Shown here piece after piece: positions 56,080 through 64,000 of a DNA stretch of 64,000 bases; position 1 is the stretch's first letter, and the number at the start of each line of letters is the position of its first letter. Source of the stretch: the human T2T-CHM13v2.0 reference genome, Homo sapiens; contig CP086569.2 in assembly GCA_009914755.4 (NCBI GenBank), positions 15,584,001-15,648,000 of the forward strand. Reading direction: 5' to 3'. Position numbers and translations under genes: made by a program. The notes under the pieces were generated by a model, which did no database searches, was not told the origin of the DNA, and saw only the letters and a program-made list of their open reading frames with translations.

Positions 56080-57335
56080 TGTTTTAGGTATGCAAGAGGC
56101 ACGTTTGTGTGGGAGCTCAAAAATGTTTAATTATTTTAAATCTCCTTTCACTAATTTAATAAATTTTTTTTGAGTTCAGATGCAATCTATTACACATGTT
56201 TCTTGATTTTAGGGCGATTCTACCCCAACATGCAAAATAAACAAGAGATCCTTCTAGTTCTTTACAAGTTTCTTAGTGAAACACGGCACTTCCCTGATGC
56301 TTTCATGGGTGGGAACTGGAGTGCACAGGTGCTGGAACTTGCTGGCCACTTCGGGGCAGGCAGTGGCAATCTCCATTGACTCACTGCTCCACCCCTCACA
56401 GGAGGAGAAGCACATGTGAGAGGGTGCAGGAGCCAAGATGAGCAATTTTGGATGCCAGCAATTTTAGGTGTAAGGAAGAAGGAACTCCATATCACCCCCA
56501 CAGCAGCATCTCATAGAGGGTGTTTGCTACCCTGGAAGCCCCAGAGGAAGTACTACAGTGTCCCTTTATCTTTGCCATCTGCAGACAGCATGTTAACAGC
56601 TCAGTGGTGGGTGGGTGTGACAGCCTTTTACACCCACACTCATGGCACCTAAGTTCTTGTCCAGCCTCCAGGAACAATGAAGTCACACAAACAAATTGAA
56701 ATGGTAAATGTGGGGGATTTTATTGCCAGTAGAATTGCTCTCAGGGGGAAGGGAAGCTGGGATAGAGCAGAAAGTTAACCTTCCCTAGAAATCCAGTCAT
56801 TCATGGTCAAAATCCTCTCCAAAGCTGCACCATCACGATGTACTTCTGAAGTCAAGCCACTTCTCTCTGATGTCCAACCATTGTCTCTAATGTCCAGTTG
56901 GTATTTCCCTCTGCTGTTTATGCCTAGAGTTTTTATGGGCACCAAATGAGGGGCAGGGAGGGCCATGGGTGGTTTTGGAAAAGGCAACATTCAAGTAAGA
57001 AGACAGGAATGTAAGTTCTCACTTTGGGCTGTGGTTGCATGCTTTTTGGCTTGAGGGTGGAGCCCTCTCCAGGTACCCACTCTCTTCTGCCCATAATTTC
57101 CCTGCCTCTGTCCCTATCAATTTTATATTTATTTTAGGTATGCAAGAGGCACATTTTTGTGGAAGTTTGAAAATGTTTAATTATTTTAAATCTCCTTTTG
57201 TTCATTTAAGGAATGTCTTTGGAGCTCAGATGTCATTACACATGTTTCCTGACTTTGGGGAGCTTCCTTGCTAACATGGGAAATAAACAGAGTCCCTAGT
57301 AATTATTTCCAAGTTTCTTAGGTAACCAATTATAT
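56080..57335. repeat. Pair of direct repeats, copy 1 at about 56080-56290 and copy 2 at about 57128-57335, at about 80-85% identity. Roughly 830 bp of unrelated, GC-richer sequence separates them.
   Basis: Both copies begin ttttaggtatgcaagaggcac(g/a)ttt(g/t)tgtgg(g/a)ag(c/t)t(c/t)(a/g)aaaatgtttaattattttaaatctcctt... Both continue ...cacatgtttc(t/c)tga(t/c)ttt(a/g)gg... and ...aacatg(c/g)(a/g)aaataaaca(a/-)gag...tt(a/t)caagtttcttag. Confidence 0.75.
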
Positions 57336-57855
57336 GTATTCTACACCCCTTAGCAGTGAGTGTTCATGTTGTCAAATTTCCACTTGTTCTTAAATGAGAT
57401 TAAAACACAACAACAACGATGTTTAAAAGTTTCAACTATAAGAATATAAAATCAATGTATACTCCTTTGGGTTTTTCTCTAATTTTTTCACAGAATTCTG
57501 GTTTGCAAAAAGCCAGTAGCTGATTTATCTTCTGAAGATCTCTGTCTAAAATTAATAGGTATACTTTCATAAGCACACTTCATTTTGCAGGTGAAAAATT
57601 TTCTCCCAACAATTGTATATGATAGTGATTTACAAGTCAGTATTTTTGCTGTAAAGAGCGTGCCTCTAAGTATCATGTGAAGTAATTTAAATTATGCCAT
57701 TTTTTAGTAAGCATGTTGACTGAATCTCATGTATTTCCACTGATTCCACACTAAACAAACTATGTTTTATTTTTACTGCATTTGACTTGGTTTATATAGT
57801 TTACATAGACACTTTTGTATGTCTAAGCATGCCTGAGCATTATACTACATGGCAT

Positions 57856-59553
57856 GGTAATGTGGTTTGGCTGTGTCGCTACTCAGATCTCATCTTGAAT
57901 TGCACTTCCCATAATCCCCACATGTCATGGGACAGACACAATGGGAGGTAATCGAGTCTTGTGGGTGGCTATCTTCATGCTGCTCTCAAAATAGTGAGTT
58001 CTTATGATATCTGATAGTTGTATAAGGGGCTTTTTCCCCTTTTGCTCAACATTTTTGTTGCTACCACCATTTGAAAAACACGTTTGCTTCCCCTTCTTCC
58101 ATGATTGCAAGTTCCCTGAGGACTCCCCAGCCATGCTGAACTGTGAGTCAATTAAACCTTTTTACTTCATAAATTACCCAGTCTTGAGTATGTCTTTATT
58201 AGCAGTGTGAGAACGGACTAAATACAGTAAATTAGTTCTGAGAGTGGGGTGCTGCTGTAAAGATACCTGAAAATGTGGAAGTGACTTTGGAACTGGGTTA
58301 AACAGGCAGAGGTTGTAACAGTTTGGAAGGCTCAGAAAGGAAGATATGGGAAAGTTTGGAACTTCCTAGACACTTGTTGAATGACGTTGACCAAAATGCT
58401 AATAGTGATACGGACCATGAAGTCCAAGCTAAGGTGGTCTCTGATGGAGAAGAGAAGCTTGTTGGGAACTGGAATAAAAGTGACTCTTGCTATGTTTAAG
58501 GAAAGAGACTGGCAGCATTTTGCCCCTGCCCTAGAAATCTGTGGAATTTTGAACTTGAGAGAGATGATTTATAGTATCTGGTGGAAGGGGAATTTGGGGT
58601 TAGAACCCACATACAGAGTCTCCACTGGGACACTGCCTAGTGGAGCTGTGAAAAGAGGGGCATACTCCAGACACCAGAGTGGAAGATTGCACCAAGCACC
58701 TGGAAAAGCCACAGAGGGTCAATGCCAGCTATTGAAAGCAGCTGGTGTTGAAGGGTGTATGCAGCAAAGCCACAGGTGTGGAGCTTCCTAAAGCCATGGG
58801 AGCCCAACTTTTGCATTATTGTAACTTGGATGTGAGACATGGAGTCAAAGAAGATTATTTTAGAGCTTTACAATTTGGCTGCCCCACAGGATTTTAGACC
58901 TGGATGGGACCTGTAGCCCCTTCATTTTTGTGAATTTCTCACATTTGGAACAAGTGTTTTTTAGCCAATGCCTCTACTCCCATTGTGTTTGGAAGTAACT
59001 AACTTGCTTTTGATTTTACAGGCTCATAGGCAGAAAGCACTTGTCTTGCCACAGGTGAGACTTTGGACTTGGACTTTTGAGTTAATGCTGAATGAGTTAA
59101 GACTTTGGGGGACTGTTGGTATGATATGATTTGTGTTTTGAAGTGTGAGGACATGAGATTTGGGAGGGTCTAGGGACCGAAAGATATGGTTTGGCTGTGT
59201 CTGCATCCAAATCTCATCTTGAATTATAGTTTCCCTAATCTCCTTATGTTGCGGGAGGGACCCAGTGGGAGGTAATTGGATCTTGGGGGCAGATACCCTC
59301 ATTCTGTTCTCATCATAGTGAGTTTTCATGAGATCTGATGGTTTCAGAAGGGGCTTTTCTCCCATTTGCTCTGCCCTTCTCCACGCTGCTGCCATGTGAA
59401 GAAGGACATTTTTGCTTCACCTTCTGCCACAATTAAGTTTCCAGAGGCCTCTCCAGCCCTGTGGAACTGTGGGTTAATTAAATGTTTTTTCTCTATAAAT
59501 TACCCAGTCTTGGGTATGTCTTTATTAGCAACATGAGAATGGACTAATATCCA
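57856..59553 (+). mobile_element. THE1-family MaLR retrotransposon-like element with both LTRs. The 5' LTR is at about 57856-58227. The interior, at 58228-59182, is about 0.95 kb, shorter than the roughly 1.6 kb I recall for the consensus, so it is internally deleted. The 3' LTR is at about 59183-59553. A possible 5-6 bp target-site duplication, catgg or atggca, flanks it.
   Basis: Both LTRs start ..tggtttggctgtgtc...aaatctcatcttgaatt.. and end ...aattacccagtcttg(a/g)gtatgtctttattagca..gagaa(c/t)ggactaa(a)ta. The interior matches THE1-int as I recall it: ..gtggaagtgactttggaactgggttaaacaggcagaggttgtaacagtttggaaggctcagaaagg...ttgaatgacgttgaccaaaatgctaatagtgatacggaccatgaagtccaagctaaggtggtctctgatggag... 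then ..gccccttcatttttgtgaatttctcacatttggaacaagtg..ggctcataggcagaaagcacttgtcttgccacaggtgagactttggacttggacttttgagttaatgctgaatgagttaagactttggggg. The 136-aa ORF at 58381-58791 lies in this non-coding interior. Confidence 0.8.
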
Positions 59554-61749
59554 TGGCACACAGAAATCTTTCTGGGGAGAAAATCATGGTCTACAATATT
59601 TTCTTACTCAGAAATAAGGGGATTCTTTGGGAAATCATCTTCCAGATAAAATCATAGCAAGCTGTGGCAGGAGATTTCTGAAGATCAAACATCCTTGTAT
59701 GTGTCTATAAATATTATCTGAGTCAGCACTCACAATCTGATAAATGCCCTATGTGTTCCAGTTTTCAAATGGTAGGTTTTGAGACAGAATTCACATGTCA
59801 GATGAGTCACATAAATTTGCAGAATGTCTGTGAAGGGGCATGGATATCTTTGGTTAGTAACTACCCAACCATTTTCCAAAGTGGACTTGATCTTTGGTAT
59901 TAGAATTGAGAAGTCCACCTGACCTAAAGAGAATAAGGTATCATCAGGAAGAAACAATATAAAACAAATTTTTTTACTGTTCCATTAGCCAAAGGCAGAT
60001 GATGTCTTAGAGATGTTTGGTTACATAGAGGAGAATCAAATTAAAACACACAAAACAAAGCTATCCTCCTATTAATATGATTTACTGTATAGGACACACT
60101 AATTTACTTGGTGAGAAAAGAAAATGGTTTAGGGGTACAAAATGCAGTTAGATAGAAGGAATAAATTATATGATTGGATAATGTGGTAGGAAAATGTATA
60201 TTTCAAAATAGCTGGAAGAGAAGAATTGGAATATTCCTAACCCAAAGAAAAAATAAATATTTGAGATGATGAATATCCCAGTTACTCTGATTGGATCATT
60301 ACACATTGTTTACAGGGGTGAACATATTACATTTGCCTCTAAAATATGTTCAAATGTATTATATTGATAATAAATAAGTAAATAAATGGCAAAAAACAGC
60401 ATTTCCAAAAGAGTATATTTCTATTAATAACTTTTTAAAGGGAAAGAGTCCGATGAATTGCAATAAGGTTAAAAGACAGAAAGATCCTGTCTCTAAAAAA
60501 AAATAATAAAAATAAAAATACATAAATACATTGCCAAAAGGTTAAAGAAGTAAAAACCTTCTACACATCCATAACTATAGCACCATTCTTGCTGTGGTAA
60601 CTATGGTTTTCTCTAGGCTTAAATATTTTAATTATATTTTATATTGATACTTGCTAATAATATAATATGTATTGTATAGATGACAGACTGGCCTTTTTGT
60701 GATGGCTTTTGCTTGCTTGGCGTATGGTAAAATTATTTATGAAACTTTAGGAAAAAGGTTTTTATATTTTCTTTTTTCTTTAGTATTGTGGAGTACAGTT
60801 CAAACTAACTAGGAAAATTAAAGACCTAAGATATTTTATAATTATATTAATATCATGAGTAATTACAAAAATAACAATAATGACTTTCACTCTGTTTTCC
60901 AGTCCTGTTCAAGATATTTACATGCAATGTCCAATTCAATTCACAAAAGCAATAAAAAGAGACGCTATTTTTTTTTCCATTTGTCAAACAGTAAAGCTAA
61001 GGTTACAGTCTTTCTTATTGATAACCTGGTGGTGATCTTTTGGGATATCATTGGAATCCCATTGGTTTTTCTCCAGAGGTACCTGCCATTAAGACTTGTT
61101 GCCTCAGTGGTTGATATTGGCCAAGACTTCTTAAGTAAAAAATTATTTAATGTTAGGACTTCTGCCTCACTTTTCTAATTAGTGGAGCATTTTGCCTCTC
61201 TACAGAAGAGAATCCCGGAAAATGCAAGAGCTGTCTGGTGTTGCTTAGTGTTCCTGATAATCTAGTATTTTCAGTAACGTTAACTCATATCCGCAGGGCT
61301 ATGGAGGGGGTCACATATTTTTATTCAATTAAATGTCAACACTTGAGAAAAACTTTGACTGTCAGAAAAAAACTGAGTGAGATACTCAGCAAATTGTTTA
61401 ACAGTTGGGGAGTTTGCAATAGTCTATGAAAACTGTTTTACTTTATAGAGCCAGAGAAATTTTTCATTGACCCTAGCACAGTGTTGGTTTCACTCAGGGA
61501 TGCTAACTTTGCTAATATATTTATCCATATACTGATATAATAATTATAATATCATGCTTGTCACTCACTTTGTAACAACCAACCACATTGTCAGAAATAA
61601 CATTTGTTATCCCATCTCCCTCCTACAAAAATCCTATGAGATCCTAATATTATCTTGATTTTCTTTAAACAAATACCACCAGAGGCCCCCTCTTCTTGAA
61701 TTAAGTTGGGTTTATTGACTCTTATGTATTTCTATTAGTATTATTATTA

Positions 61750-61990
61750 TTCATTACAGATAGGATCTTGCTGCGTTGCCCACTCTGGTGTGCAGCTGTG
61801 TGATCATAACTCATTACAGCCTCCAACTCCTGGGCTCAAACAATCCTCCCACCTCAGCCTCTTGAATAGCTGGGACTACAGTTGCCTGCCACCACGTTTG
61901 GCTAATTTTTATTTATTTTTTTTTACAGGTGTGATCTCATTATGTTGTCCAGGCTGGTCTTGAATTCATGACCCCAGATGTTCTTCCCAC
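61750..61990 (-). mobile_element. Alu SINE, minus orientation, truncated. It is preceded by an (ATT)n-like tract.
   Basis: cagataggatcttgctgcgttgcccactctggtgtgcagctgtgtgatcataactcattacagcctccaactcctgggctcaaacaatcctcccacctcagcctcttgaatagctgggactacag...ggctaatttttatttattttttttt..ccaggctggtcttgaattcatgacc. Confidence 0.75.
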
Positions 61991-62394
61991 TTCTATTGAC
62001 TCTTTACAACAAGAAAGAATATGTACATAGGGGATGTCTCAGTACAAGGGTAGGAAAGAGTTAGAGAATTGGGGCTTGTTTTAAATGATTTACAGAGGGT
62101 TCTGGAAAACTGTGCTTGAATTTGGAATTGATACTTTCAGGACGTGTTGGCAGTTCTATGACTGGTTATCTTAATCTTATGTAAGAGGAGGAAAAATGAA
62201 GCATAGGTTAAAGCAATGGTTGACAAAGAAACAACAGTCACTGATGATACCAAGGACAGGTGGACACTTGATCATGTTTGAGTGTTTGAATAACCACTTT
62301 TTTGTGTAAGTGTCCAGACATGATTACAATGTGGTCTTCATTTTGTCTTGTTCTTTCATGATCACACAGTGGTTTTTCCTTCTGTCACTGTTCC

Positions 62395-62430
62395 ATTATT
62401 ATTATTATTATTACTATTATTTATATTCAA
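62395..62430. repeat. (ATT)n trinucleotide microsatellite.
   Basis: ccattattattattattactattatttat. The poly-Tyr and poly-Leu ORFs at 62310-62554 are translation artefacts of it. Confidence 0.85.
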
Positions 62431-63547
62431 TAGAACAATGGCACAACCTAGCTGCAAGGGACAGGAAAACACCCAGGATTGCCAGGGTTTAGGTGACATT
62501 GCCAGGTCAGCTGCTGATCACCAGGGATTGCTTTTCTCTTTTGTGAGTAACTGAATATTAAATAAACCGAGTAACATATCCCAAATCCTACCGAGAGTTG
62601 GAGGTAATACTGGAGTCTCAACAAAGACTATAGAGGAGAGTCTAGCCCATTCATCTCCAGGCTTTTCTCTAGGAAACCAAAGACCAATATTATATTTGTT
62701 GCAGAAAAGAGACACCCTATAGTCAACATAATGTCCAGTGAGAGTTAATTTTAATGAGGTTCTTTTTCAGAATTCAAGAAAGCTGGAGAAAAGAGGCGTT
62801 GTGTAACTCACATACCAGGAGGCATCTTCTGTAGCTAGTCAGCAGATGCCTCTTCCACTGGAGGGATGCGATCTTAAGGATAGGAGAATTCCATTTATAA
62901 CCAAGACCGCTTCATTCATGGGCCTGGATTGGATAGGGATGGCCCATACCAAGGTCTTTGATTCTCGCTTTTATTGTTACATTCTGTATGACTGATTCAG
63001 ATTTGTCCGCACTAATATATTTTCTCTGGTTCTGATCATTGTGGCCATGTCTTCCTAGAACAAAGGCCTTGGGTTAATTTTTGCAGAGTAATGACGTTCT
63101 CAGCAGCAGCTGAACTCTGTAGATCAATATTCCTCTTTCTTGTTTTCTTCCAATGGCAACTAAACATGCAAGACACATCAGGAGAAGGGTATGAGATTCC
63201 CCAATAGCTAACCAGCAATAATAATGCAACATGTAAGGCTAATGCATGCCCTTGAAATGCCAAGGGATAAATTCATATGCATTTTTTCATTTGGGGTTTG
63301 AAGAGCCAGATGACATGCAAAAGAAAAATATTGACAAAAGATATCTTATCATTTATTTTCAATTATTAAGCTTGATTTTCATACATTCAAACTTAGTTTT
63401 TTAACAGGTACATGACTCTAGTTTTTGAAAGCCAGAAGAATGCACATATAAAATCTTTTTTGTCTAACAAATTAATCCCATGTTTCTTGGTTCTGATGCT
63501 TGCATACTGCTTATGTTAAAACAATTGTGAGCAAGCCCAAACTATAC

Positions 63548-63675
63548 TTTTTTTTTTGAGATGGAGTCTCACTGTGTTGTCCAGGCTGGAGTGCAGTGGC
63601 GCGATCTCAGCTCATTGCAAGCTCTGCCTCCCAGTCTCACACTATTCTCCTACCTCAGCCTCTGGAGTAGCTATA
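63548..63675 (-). mobile_element. Alu fragment, the 3' half in minus orientation, with a leading poly-T.
   Basis: ctttttttttttgagatggagtctcactgtgttgtccaggctggagtgcagtggcgcgatctcagctcattgcaagctctgcctcccag..cctcagcctctggagtagct. Confidence 0.75.
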
Positions 63676-64000
63676 TTATACTTATTTTTAAAATGACAGT
63701 ACGGCTGAGGTATTCAAAATATGTTTAAAGGTTCTAACAGAAACATGTTAGAAAAAAAGAAGCTTGACAGCTTTTAAGTTTATTAGATACAGAAATTTAT
63801 ACTTAGATTTATTTAGATTGAAAATTAATCCTAAGGCATTTAACCAGCTGGGAGAGCTTATGCATGCATACGAGTTTCAAGCTGCAACTAAGGCAGTTGG
63901 GCAGCAGTAGAAACAAAAAGTTGATATTTATTTTCTTTCAGAACCAACTGTGACTGATTAACCACAAAAGATCAGCAGGGGTATTTGGGCCTAGGTCATG

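Noticed and set aside
58381-58791. 136-aa ORF on the + strand.
   Set aside because: It lies inside the interior of the THE1 MaLR element, which has no coding capacity. It is a chance ORF in repeat sequence.

Overview
This window is human (primate) genomic DNA, not a prokaryotic or phage locus. It is AT-rich, gene-poor intronic sequence packed with interspersed repeats. I found more than 20 Alu copies, including one AluYa5 and several nested insertions. There are several 5'-truncated L1 3' fragments of different ages. ERVL-MaLR elements (THE1/MST/MLT1 LTRs) are present, including one THE1 copy with both LTRs. Microsatellites include a roughly 600-bp compound (GATA)n array, several (CA)n runs and TA/TG-rich tracts.

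The only convincing protein-coding feature is a single 153-bp internal exon on the + strand at 45751-45903. It has a consensus splice acceptor and donor. It encodes part of the cholinesterase-like domain of neuroligin-4, so it is NLGN4X or NLGN4Y and sits inside one of that gene's very large introns.

Every other ORF in the six-frame track is either repeat-derived (L1 ORF2 remnants, microsatellite read-through) or a chance ORF. I see no evidence for a novel multi-gene biological system. The most interesting structures are these:
- A young AluYa5 with a perfect target-site duplication about 200 bp upstream of the coding exon.
- A roughly 830-bp long-arm inverted repeat (foldback) at 54.4-55.2 kb.
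- An LTR-interior-LTR THE1 element at 57.9-59.6 kb.
- A three-level nested insertion, an AluY inside an older Alu inside an L1.
- Several local direct duplications.

Repeat family names come from my recall of consensus sequences, not from a database search. Coordinates of repeat ends are approximate, to within about 10 bp.
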